Positions 34,669 to 49,617 of a stretch of 64,000 nucleotides of DNA are shown here, piece after piece; the first letter of the stretch is position 1; every line of letters starts with the position of its first letter. The position numbers were made by a program, and so were the translations under genes. Origin of the DNA: the human T2T-CHM13v2.0 reference genome, Homo sapiens; the NCBI RefSeq assembly GCF_009914755.1, contig NC_060933.1; one strand, given 5' to 3'. Under the pieces are notes generated by a model. The model was not told the origin of the DNA. It worked only from the letters and a program-made list of their open reading frames with translations, and searched no databases.

Positions 34669-35195
34669 GCTTTTACTTCTTACTTGTGGAGAATTTAGGG
34701 CCTTCTTGGGTCTTTCTTGAGTATGTACGTAGCCCTATGCAAGAACATGTCTCTGCATGTGAGGGCCCTTCTAGATTCGTAGGAAAATGTCAGATCTTTC
34801 CTATGCTTTAATAGATGGATCCGACAAGCTTTTTAAAAAGTGTTTTGGTCAACACGTCCTTTCACAACCTGAAGCAATTGCCACTAATTATTTCAACAAA
34901 TATCCCTGGGCAAAACTGTGTTTATACTGAAAGAGCTCTAACACAGGTCACATACAGACAAGTATTGGGAGTAGGATTTTCCAAGGAAATGCCAGACAGG
35001 CCAAATAATGACAGTTGAGAATGGAGCTTTGTAGGAATTCCAACCCCAAATACATTCTCCAGTGGCTGCTAGACTACTGGTTTCAAGATAATTACAAGGC
35101 TATTGGTTTTCAAGGCTACCACAGATGGGAAGAGGAAGATGGGGATAGGGTAAGTTGAAACATCACAAAACTTAATGTTTTTACTGAGAATGTCA
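34669..35195 (-). mobile_element. Ancient L1MC-like fragment
   Basis: Motifs recalled from L1MC (ccagacaggccaaataatgaca, gagaatggagcttt, tggttttcaaggctacc). Confidence 0.5.
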
Positions 35196-35413
35196 TTTTT
35201 CTTTCTTTTTTTTTAAATTATACTCTAAGTTCTAGGGTACATGTGTACAACGTGCAGGTTTGTTACATATGTATACATGTGCCATGTTGGTGTGCTACAC
35301 CCATTAACTCCTCATTTACTTTAGGTATATCTCCTAATGCTATCCCTCCCCCAACCCCACGACAGGCCCTGGTGTGTGATGTTCCCTGTCCTGTGTCCAA
35401 GTGTTCTTATTGT

Positions 35414-39205
<3,792 letters not shown>

Positions 39206-39268
39206 TATGATGTTAGCTGGTTATTTTGCTCATTAGTTGATGCAGTTTCTTCCTAGCCTTGATAGTCT

Positions 39269-40284
39269 TTACAATTTGGCATGTTTTTGCAGTAGCTGGT
39301 ACTGGTCTTTCCTTTCCATGTTTAGTGCTTCCTTCAGGAGCTCTTGTAAGGCAGGTCTGGTGGTGACAAAATCTCTCAGCATTTGCTTGTCTGTAAAGGA
39401 TTTTATTTCTCCTTCACTTATGAAGCTTAGTTTGGCTAGATATGAAATTCTGGGTTGAAAATTCTTTAAGAATGCTGAATATTGGCCCCCACTCTCTTCT
39501 GTCTTGTAGAGTTTCTGCCGAGAGATCAGCTGTTAGTCTGATGGGCTTCCCTTTGTGGGTAACCCAACCTTTCTCTCTGGCTGCCCTTAATGTTTTTTCC
39601 TTCATTTCAACCTTGGTGAATCTGACAATTATGTGTCTTGGAGTTGCTCTTCTCGAGGAGGATCTTTGTGGTGTTCTCTGTATTTTCTGAATGTGAGTGT
39701 TGGCCTGCCTCACTAGGTTGGGGAAGTTCTCCTGGATAGTATCCTGCAGAGTGTTTTCCAACTTGGCTCCATTCTCCCCGTCACTTTCAGGTACACCGAT
39801 CAGATGCAGATTTGGTATTTTCACACAGCCCCATATTTCTTGGAGGCTTTGTTCGTTTCTTTTTACTCTTTTTTCTCCAAACTTCTCTTCTCACTTCATT
39901 TCATTCATTTGATCTGCAATCACTGATACCCTTTCTTCCACTTGATCAAATCGGCTACTCAAGCTTGTGCATGCATCATGTAGTCCTCGTGCCATGGTTT
40001 TCAGCTCAATCAGGTCATTTAAGGACTTCTCTAGATTGTTTATTCTAGTTATCCATTCGTGTAATCTTTTTTCAAGGTTTTTAGCTTCTTTGTGATGGGT
40101 TTGAACATCCTCCTTTAGCTCGGAGAAGTTTGTTATTACTGATCGTCTGAAGCCTTCTTGTCTCAACTCATCAAAGTCATTCCCTGTCCAGCTTTGTTGC
40201 TGGCGAGAGGCTATGTTCCTTTGGAGGAGAAGAGGCACTCTGATTTTTAGAATTTTCAGCTTTTCTGCTCTGGTTTCTCCCCAT
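39269..40284 (-). pseudogene. ORF1: L1-C ORF1, disrupted
   Basis: ORF fragments 39891-40238 and 39414-39824. Confidence 0.92.
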
Positions 40285-40859
40285 CCTTGTGGTTTTATTT
40301 ACCTTTGGTCTTTGGTGATGGTGATGTACATGTGGGGTTTTGGTGTGGATGTCTTTTCTGTTTGTTAGTTTTCCTTCTAACAGTCAGGACCCTCAGCTGC
40401 AGGTCTGTTGGAGTTTGCTGGAGGTCCACTCCAGACCCTGTTTTCCTGGGTATCACCAGCAGAGGCTGCAGAACCGCAAACATTGCAGAACAGCAAATGT
40501 TGCTGCCTGATCCTTCCTCTGGAAGTTACATCTCAGAGGGGCACCCATCTGTATGAGGTGTCAGTCAGCCCCTAATGGGAAGTGTCTCCCATTTAGGCTA
40601 CTTGGGGGTCAGGGACCCACTTGAGGAGGCAGTCTGTCCATTCTCAGATCTCCAACTCCATGCTGGGAGAAGCACTACTCTCTTCAAAGCTGTCAGACAG
40701 GGACGTTGAAGTCTGCAGAAGTTTCTGCTGCCTTTTATTTAGCTATGCCATACCCCCAGAGGTGGAGTGTACAGAGGCAGGCAGGCCTCCTTGAGCTGCG
40801 GTGGGCTCCACCCAGTTTGAGCTTCCAGGCTGCTTTGTTTACCTACTCAAGCCTCAGCA

Positions 40860-41123
40860 ATGGCGGACTCCCCTCCCCTAGCCTTGCCGTCACCTTGCAG
40901 TTCGATCTCGGACTGCTATGCTAGCAGTGAGCAAGCCTCAGTCAGTGTGGGACCCTCCAAGCCATGCGTGGGATATAATCTCCTGGTGTGCTGTTTGCCA
41001 AGACCATTAGAAAAGCACAATATTAGGGTGGGAGTGTTCACATTTTCCAGGTACCATGTGTCACGGCTTCCCTTTGTTAGGAAAGGGAATTCCCTGACCC
41101 CTTGCACTTCCCGGGTAAGCTGA
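40860..41123 (+). CDS. ORF0: L1-C antisense ORF0 homolog, 87 aa
   Basis: MADSPPLALPSPCSSISDC.. is colinear with ORF0; expression unknown. Confidence 0.4.
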   Translation: MADSPPLALPSPCSSISDCYASSEQASVSVGPSKPCVGYNLLVCCLPRPLEKHNIRVGVFTFSRYHVSRLPFVRKGNSLTPCTSRVS

Positions 41124-41534
41124 TGCCCCACCCTGCTCCGTGGGCTGCACCCACTGTCTGACAAGCCCCAGTGAGATGAACCCAGTACCTCAGTTGGAAA
41201 TACAGAAATCACCCGTCTTCTGCGTTGCTCACGCTGGGAGCTGCAGACTGGAGCTGTTCCTATTCGGCCATCTTGGAATCCAAAAAGTCTAAAATGTTTT
41301 AAATCTTTGCCTTTCAAATAGATATACAATGCTATTTCATTGTAGTCTTCATTTGCATTTCCCAGATCACTAATGAGGTTTCATATGTTTTTATATCTGT
41401 ATTGGCCATATCAGTTTCCTCTACTCTATAAATATTTGTTCATGCCTCTTCCTGTCTTTTGCTCATTTTTCTACTGGGTTGTTTGGGCTTTCCTTTTTGA
41501 TTTGTAGGGAGTTATATAACCTTGATATTTAATT

Positions 41535-41700
41535 GGTTTAGTGAGTTGAATGGTGGTCTCTTAAAGGTACATCACCTGGAATCTGTGAATGGGCTTTCTT
41601 AAAAAAAAAAAAAAAAGAATTTATGCAGATTTAATTAAGTGAAGGATCTCAAAATGAGTTCATCCTAAATTAATCTGGTTAACCCTAAATCCAATAATAC
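41535..41700 (+). mobile_element. MaLR LTR (MLT1) 5' fragment
   Basis: gttgaatggtgg..ctggaatctgtgaat..tgcagatttaattaag..ccctaaatccaat. Confidence 0.65.
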
Positions 41701-41714
41701 ATCCATAACAAAAA

Positions 41715-43090
41715 ACATTATACTGGAAGATCTAATCAGGGCAATCAGGCAAGTAAAAGAAAAATCAGGTATCCTGTTTGGAAACGAAGAAGTAAAACTA
41801 TTTCTATTCATAGATGACATAATCTTATATATAGAAACCCTAAAGAATTCATAAAATATTATTAGAAATAATTTAAAAGTTAGGCAGAATTGTGTTATAC
41901 AAGATAGACAAAAATCTATTGTGTTTCTATGCCTTAGTAATGAGCAGTCCAAAAGGAAGTTAAGAAAAATCTCACTTTTGGTATCATAAAAACAAATAAA
42001 ATACTTAGAAATAAATTTAGCCAAGGAACACTGAAAACTACAAAATGATGTCGGAAGAAATTAAAGAAGACCTAGAAAAGTGAAAGAAATTTGTGTTCAT
42101 GGTTTGGAAGATGAAATATTGTTATGATGGCGGTACTTCCCCAAGTGTTATAAGGACCTTGAATCCAGAATGTATAAAGAACTCACAAAACTCAATAATA
42201 AACAGACAAATAATTCAATTAAAAATAGGGAAAGCATTTGAATAGACATTTCTCCAAGGAAATATACAAATGGCTAATAAATGCAGGAAAAGATGCTCAA
42301 CATTCTTGGCCATCAGGGAACTGAAAACTAAAACTGCTGTGAGGTACCACTTCACATCCCTAGACTGGCTATAATAAAATAATAGATATTAACAAGTGTT
42401 GGCAAGGATATGGAGAAATTGGAGTCTTCAGACATTGCTAGTGAGACTGTAAAATGATGCAGTTATTTGGGAAAGCAGCTGGCAATTCCTCAAGAAGTTA
42501 AACATACCATTACCATATGACCCGGCAATTTCACTCCTAGGCATATGAGAATTGAAAATACATTTTCAAACAAAAGCTTGTTATACACATGTTCATATCA
42601 GTTTATTCATAATAGCCAGAAAATGGAACAAGTCAAATACTCATCACCTGATGAATGGAAAAATAAAAGGTGGTTTATCTATGCAATGGAATATTATTCA
42701 GCTATACAAGCAATAAAGTATTGATGTTAATACATACCACCATATAGATATATAGATAAACCTTGAAAACATCATGCTAAGTGAAATAAACCAGTCATGA
42801 AAGACCACATATTGTATGATTCCACTTCTGTGAAAGGTCAAGCATAAGCAAATCCATAGAGACAGCAAACAAATGAACGATTGACTGGAGGTGGGTGGAG
42901 AGAAGAGAGGTGATTGCTTAATGGGTGTAGGGTTTCTTTTGGGATGATGAAAATATTCTGGAATTAGATTGTGGTGATGATTGTACAACATTGTGAATGA
43001 ACAAAAGTTTACTGCATTGTATACTTTAAAATGGTTAAAATTGTGAACTTTATGTTATGTGAAAATTGCCTTATTATAAAGAAAAAGAAA
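41715..43090 (+). mobile_element. L1MB-like ORF2 and 3' UTR fragment, internally deleted
   Basis: RT region (tttctattcatagatgacat) through the 3' UTR and A-rich tail. Confidence 0.8.
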
Positions 43091-44398
43091 AATGTTGTTC
43101 TGCAGTTAACCATTCCAAGCAACTGCAAAGGAAAAGAACATGCAGGAATGCATGGAAAAATTGAGGTGCCCATCCTGGGGCAGGGGCACCATATTAGAAC
43201 TCCATTAGCTAGAACACAGTCACATTCTGTGCCTCACCACAAGGCAGGCTGGGATGTATGGTCTAACTGTGTGCCCATGAAAAAGAGGAAATGGATAGAC
43301 TTTGCTAAGAAGCCAGTAGTCTCTGCACACTACAGAAATAGAATCTGTGGAAATGGGCTTAGAAATCTGCCAGTTAAACTTCCCATATTACTCTCATGCC
43401 CACGGATGTTTGATAACCACAATTCTAGATACCCAGGATCCAAAATTCTGTCTCTGCTGTTCTGTTTGCAGGTTCCCATTAATAGGTAAGAAAGCAAGGT
43501 GTAGAAAGAAGTCAGAAGTACAAAAAGAGTTCTGAGGGAAAGGGAGGTGACCTCTAATTCAAACACTAGAGATCATATGTTTGAACATGTTGGGCGTTTA
43601 CACCAAACCAAGAATGTGAAAGAAAAAAGCGAACAGTCTCTCACTGATTCACAGATGAGCACAAAATAAACATTTAAAATTTTAATACTTAAGGATTAGT
43701 CCCAAGGCACACAGTAGTACCTTAAATCCATTCTTCTTTTAATGATGTGAATAGATACTTTAAGATGAACAAAACATTCATTATTTTTAATAACAGTGGT
43801 GTTTTGGAACATAAGCATAATTGAACAGAAATGTGTAATATTACTATGTGCTATGTCTATAGCCAAAGTCTACATGTTAAAATACAAATTCATAACCCAA
43901 TCAGTACTCCTTGTCTACTCTCAGATTTTCCTCAGTGCAAAGAACTTAATAAATTTTTTTTATTTCCCATTTTACAGATGTTAAATGGGAGATAATTATA
44001 ATCTTACCACTAAAGTAGAGATCTAGTTAGGTCGCTACTAACAACAATTAAAAACAACAGTAACAAAACGCCAAAATGGCCAAAAAATTTGGTAGGCATC
44101 TAGATGGCTAAATGTAAAGATACATCCCGGAATACCCATGTGAGAAATGTTAGAATTGACCTTCCTGGGGGAGGTAGACGTGAGTCAGGATAAAATCTAA
44201 AAGAAAAGGATTAATTGCAAATGTGTAGAAGAACTGTACCAGTTAGCTTTCTCCAGCTACCATTCTATTTTCACTTACTACTTCAGGCAAAGGTTTACCC
44301 TCAGGGGGAGAAAAATATGCAGAGAAAATCAGTGAGTGAGTAAGGTGTGGGGATGGGACAGAACAGGGAAAGAGAGTAGAAGAGACAGAGACACACAA

Positions 44399-44399
<1 letters not shown>

Positions 44400-44436
<37 letters not shown>
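44400..44436. repeat. (CA)n microsatellite
   Basis: Seen directly. Confidence 0.95.
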
Positions 44437-44439
<3 letters not shown>

Positions 44440-44479
44440 ATAACTTATAGAATAAAAGTTTTAAAAGCTGTGTCAACTA

Positions 44480-45630
44480 TTCAACAGTTAACATCATACC
44501 TAATATTTAATATTGAAAGACTAAATGCTTTCCTCTTAAAATCAGGTTATAAAACAAAGATGTCCACTTGAACCATTTCTCTTTTTTTTTTTTAATTTCT
44601 GGGATACATTTGCAGAATGTGCAGGTTTATTATATAGGTATACATGCGCCATGGTGGTTTGCTGCACTTATCAACACATCATCTAGGTTTTAAGCCCTGC
44701 ATGCATTATGTATTTGTCCTAATGCTCTCCTTCCGCTTGCCTCCAACCCCCCGACAGGCCCTGGTGTGTAATGTTCCCCTCCCTGTGTCCATGTGGTCTC
44801 ATTCTTGAACTCCCACTTATAAGTGAGAACATGTGGTGTTTGGTTTTCTGTTCCTGTGTTAGTTTGCTGAGAATGATGGCGTCCAGCTTCATCCATGTCC
44901 CTGCAAAGGACATGGACTCATTCTTTTTTTTTATGGCTGCATAGTATTCCATGGTGTATATGTGCCATATTTTCTTTATCCAGTCTATCATTGATTGGCA
45001 TTTGGGTTGGTTCCAAGTCTTTGCTGTTGTAAATAGTGCTACAATAAACATACATGTACTTGCACCACTTCTATTCAGCATTGTACTGGAGGTTCCAGCC
45101 AGGGTGACTGGGCAGGAAAAATGAAAGACATTCTGATTGGAAAGGAAAAAGTAAAACTATCTTTATTCGCAGATGACATCATTTGTATGTTGAAAATTCT
45201 AAAGAATCCCCACAGAACTATTAGAACCATTAAATGAGTTCAGCAAGTTTGCATCTATAAAATTAATATACAAACATAAATTGTTCTTCTACAAGTAATG
45301 AACAATCTGAAAATGAAAATAAGAAAATTCCATTTACAATGTCAACAAAAAATAAAATATGGATAAGTTTAACAAAATGAGTGCAAGATGGTATTCTATA
45401 CACTACAAAAACATTGTTAAAAGAAATCAATGAAGATCTAAATAAATGGAAAGACATCCATAATCATAGATCAGAAGACTTAATATGGCAACATTCCTCA
45501 AGGAATGGACCATCTATATATCTATATTGGTATATCTATATAGATATATAGATAAACCTTGAAAACAGACTCAATGTGCAATCCTTATCAAAATACCAGC
45601 AAAGTTTTCTTTTTCTTTGTCATTTTCTGC

Positions 45631-45661
<31 letters not shown>

Positions 45662-47240
45662 AATCCAAAAATCACGTGAAAATTCAAGGAACCCAGAATA
45701 GCCAGACAATCTTGAAAAAGAAGAACAAAGCTATAACTCACACTTCCCAGTTTGAAAACTTACTATATATCTGCCATAATCAAGACAGAGTGATACATAA
45801 GCATAGTTAAATCAATGGAGTAGAACTGAGAGTTCGAAATAAACCCCTCACATTTATGGTCAACTGATTTTTGACAGGATATCAAAATAATACAAAAAAG
45901 GAAAGAATAACCATCCTGGTACAACTGGATTGCCACAGGCAAAGGAATGAATTTGGACTCCTTCCTTATACGATACATAAAAATAAACTCAAAATGGATC
46001 ACAGATCTGTTGTAAGAGCTAAACTATAAAACATGGAAAATAAAATTTAGAAGCACATTTTCTGAGCTTGTATTAGGCAATGGTTTCTTAGCTATGACAC
46101 TAAAGCATAAATAACTAAAATAAAGAATACATTGTACTTGATCAAAATTAAAACTTTGTGCTGCAAATGACAATGCCAAGAGAGTGAATAATCTAGAGGA
46201 TAAGAGAAAATCCTTGCAAATTGGATGTTTAATTGCAGATTTGTATCTAGAATATATAAAAACTCTTCTATATTAAAGTATATATCATATGTAATATATA
46301 AATACAAAATAATATATAACTTCATAACAGCAAAACAAAGATAATATATTTTAATATATAATATCAACAAAGTTAACTCAATATATAATAACAAAGAAAA
46401 ATAATCCCATTTTAAATGGCAAAGGATTTAAGTAGACATTATTTCCCCAAAGAACATTAACAAGTACCATGCAAAAAGATCCTCTAACACCATTGTGGAG
46501 TAAGACAATGATGAGATAGTACTTCACATGCACTAGGATTTGGATGCCATGACTGTAATCAAATGGCAGTAATTAAAAAGATATATCAATAAGTGTTGAT
46601 GTGGAAGAATTGAAATTCTCATACACTACTGATAATAATGTAAAAATGGAGCAGCCACTTTGGAAAATAGTCTGGCAGTTCCTCACATCATTAAACAGAA
46701 TTACCATATGACTGAGTATTCCACTCCTAAGTATGTATCCAAGAGAAATGAAAACACATGTCCAAAGAAAAATGTACACTAATATTTATAGAAGTAATAT
46801 GAATAATGGCCAAAAAGTACAAACAGCCCAAATGTCTATCAGCTGATGAATGGGTAAATTCAATGTATCGTATCTATACATCTGAATGTTATTCATATAT
46901 AGAAAAGAATGAAGTACTAATTCATGTTACAGAATGCATGAACCTTGCAAACCCCACGCTAAGTGAAAGAAGTCAGTTACACAACAGACTACATTAATAT
47001 GAAATATCTATAATAGGAAAATTTATAGAGACAAAGTTGATTAGTGGTTGCCTATGGCTGGGGAGTAGAAGTCACTGATGAATATAAGATATCTTTTGAA
47101 GGTGCTGAAAATGTTCTAAACTTAGACTTTCATGGTGGCTACACAACTCTGTGAATGTTCTAAAAGCTATTGACATGTACATATTAAATAGGTGAATTTT
47201 ATGTGTTGATCTTATCTCAAGAAATATATTAAAATGTATA
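44480..47240 (+). mobile_element. L1M (MB/MC-like) ORF2 3' half and 3' UTR, split by an L1PA8-like insert
   Basis: ctatctttattcgcagatgac (LFADD) and colinear ORF2/3' UTR motifs. Confidence 0.8.
44581..45057 (-). mobile_element. 5'-truncated L1PA8-like element
   Basis: ggttttaagccctgcatgcatta 3' UTR type; TSD acttg(a/c)acca(t/c)ttct at 44566-44580 and 45058-45072. Confidence 0.88.
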
Positions 47241-47353
47241 CTGTCTAATACAATTAATCTGTTTCTCTCCAAAGGAGTTTCGTTTTCCTCAGGTGGCAGG
47301 AAAATAATTTATCTATAATGTCACACAAATAATAGATTTTTCCTCCATTTATG

Positions 47354-47357
<4 letters not shown>

Positions 47358-47387
<30 letters not shown>
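47358..47387. repeat. (TG)n microsatellite
   Basis: Seen directly. Confidence 0.95.
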
Positions 47388-47392
<5 letters not shown>

Positions 47393-47992
47393 CTTTGTGG
47401 GGATGCTGAGGAAAGCCCTAACATAGGAAAAAAAGTGGGGTAAAATACTACCCTAACAGGCCCTGTCTCTCTCTGCCCTGGCTTTGCCGTCTTTGGGCCA
47501 CAGAGCCATGAACTGACACAGCATGGCACTCTTTCTTGCTTCTCCCCTTTCATCACTGGGCACTTTTAAATGGCTGCTGCTGTGTGATAAGCAATATGCT
47601 ATGTACTGATAGATGCTAATATGTAATGACCTGGTGGGGAGGTGAAGAGAGATGTTTTCTCAATAATTAATAGCATGTTAGATAATTTGCCCAGGGTCAT
47701 ACATATCCAATAGGGATGGCACAAAGGGCTTTGGAGCAACTGAAGAGTGTTGGGGATGACTCTGGAGGAGCTGTTTTGTAAGCAGTGTCTTGAGTAGGAG
47801 TTTACTGCTATGCCTGGGTCAGGCTCTCATGGCCCCTTAGCTGTTTCATAGGGAAGGCTTCCTCACACATCCTTGTCTGTGTAGTCTTTTATCTAGCAAT
47901 CCTCCACTTAGCTGCCAGGGAATAAGCACCACTTCCCTTGATTTACAAGCGCCCTGTATCCTTAATGGCTAACAAAACAAAACCTTAGCATG

Positions 47993-48350
47993 TGTATTAG
48001 TCTGATTGGGCTGCCATAACAAAATGGTGGCCCAGATTGAATGACCTCCGCATCAGAAATTCATTTCCTCTCAGTTTTGTAGTCTGGAAGTTTGAGATCA
48101 GGGTGCTAGCATGGTCCAGTTCTGGTGAGGGCCCTCTTCTGGGTTGCAGACTGGACTTTCCCTTGTATACTGATATGGCAGAAAAAGCAAAAGATGGAGT
48201 GCTTTCTGTGGTCCCTTTCATAAGTGCACTAATCCCATTCACAAGAGCTCTACCCTCATGATCTAATTATTTCCCAAAGGCCTTACCTTCTAATACCATC
48301 ACATTAGGGATTAGGATTTTAACATTTTAGGGGAACACATTGAAGCCATT
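47993..48350 (-). mobile_element. MaLR solo LTR (MLT1A/MST-like)
   Basis: tgtattagtc..gggctgccataacaaa..ttctggtgagggccc..ctaataccatcacatt. Confidence 0.82.
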
Positions 48351-48389
48351 GTATAACCTCCTCTAGAGTCTTCTGTGTCTCCAATGTAC

Positions 48390-48580
48390 TTTATGTCCTT
48401 ATTAATTAACCATGTGACCTGGACAAGTTTCTTATTCTGTACAAACTCCAGCTTCCTCTCTGTAAAGTGAGGATAAAAATAATGATATGATATGATCTAT
48501 CTTACTGGGTTGCTGTCAGGATTAAGCAGGTCAAAGCACAGGAAGTACCTAAAGCACACAGGGGGAGTGCTATGATTAAT
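48390..48580 (+). mobile_element. MIR SINE
   Basis: tgtgacctggacaagtt..cagcttcctctctgtaaagtgaggataa. Confidence 0.7.
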
Positions 48581-48719
48581 CTTATTCTTTCTTATATCTT
48601 CCGTGAGACAGTGGGCTCCTTGACATAGGGGCATAGTCATCTCTTTTATTCAGCATTTTTTTTCTTTTTATTTCCAAATAATATTCTGTTACATAAATTT
48701 ACCACCTTTTGGTGTTTCT

Positions 48720-49617
48720 TTTTAATTTTTTTGTTTCAGTAACTTTAAGGAGTACAAGGGATTTTAGAAACATGGATGAATTCTGTAATGATAGAAGTCT
48801 GGGCTTCTATTGTCACTGTCAGCTGAATAGTGTGTATTGTACCCAGTAGGTAGTTTTTCGTCCCTCAGACCCTGTACCTTCTTCCCTTGTGAATCTTCAG
48901 TGTCCATTATAACACTCTGTGTGCCTTTGTGTACCCATATCTTAGCTCCCACTTGTAAGTGAGAACATGCAGTATTTGGTTTTCCATTTCTGAGTTACTT
49001 CACTTAGGACAGTGGCCTCCAGTTCCATCTAAGTTGCTGCAAGTGACATTGTATCTTTCTTTTTTGTGGCTGAGTAGTATCCCATGGTGTATATGTACCA
49101 CATTTTCTTTATCCACTCATTGGCTGATGGGCAATTAGGTAGATTCCACATTTTCAATTGAATTGTGCTGCAATATGTGTGCAGGTGTTTTCTTTATATA
49201 ATGACTTCTTTTCCTTTGGGTAGACACCCATTAGTGGGATTCCTGGATCAAGCAGTAGGTCTACTTTTAGTTCTTTGAGAAATCTCCATACTGGTTTCCA
49301 TAGAGGTTGTACTAAGTTACATTCCCACCAGCAGTGTATAAGCATTCACCTTTCACCACATTTGTGCCAGCAACTATTGCTTTTTGACTTTTTATGATAG
49401 CCATTCTGGCTGGTGTGACGTGGTATCATCTCAATATGGCTTTACTTTGCACTTCCCTGATGATTAGTGATGTTGAGCATTTTTGCATATGTTTGTTGGC
49501 CATTTGTATATCTTCTTTTGAGAAATGTCTGTTCATATTGTTTGCCCACTTTTTAATGGGATTATTTCTCTTTTTTTTTCTTGATGATTTTAATTCCTTG
49601 TTCATTCTGGATATTAG
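48720..49617 (-). mobile_element. 5'-truncated L1PB-like element
   Basis: L1PB-type 3' UTR; ORF 49154-49345 HCWWECNLVQPLWK matches the ORF2 C-terminus. Confidence 0.85.
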
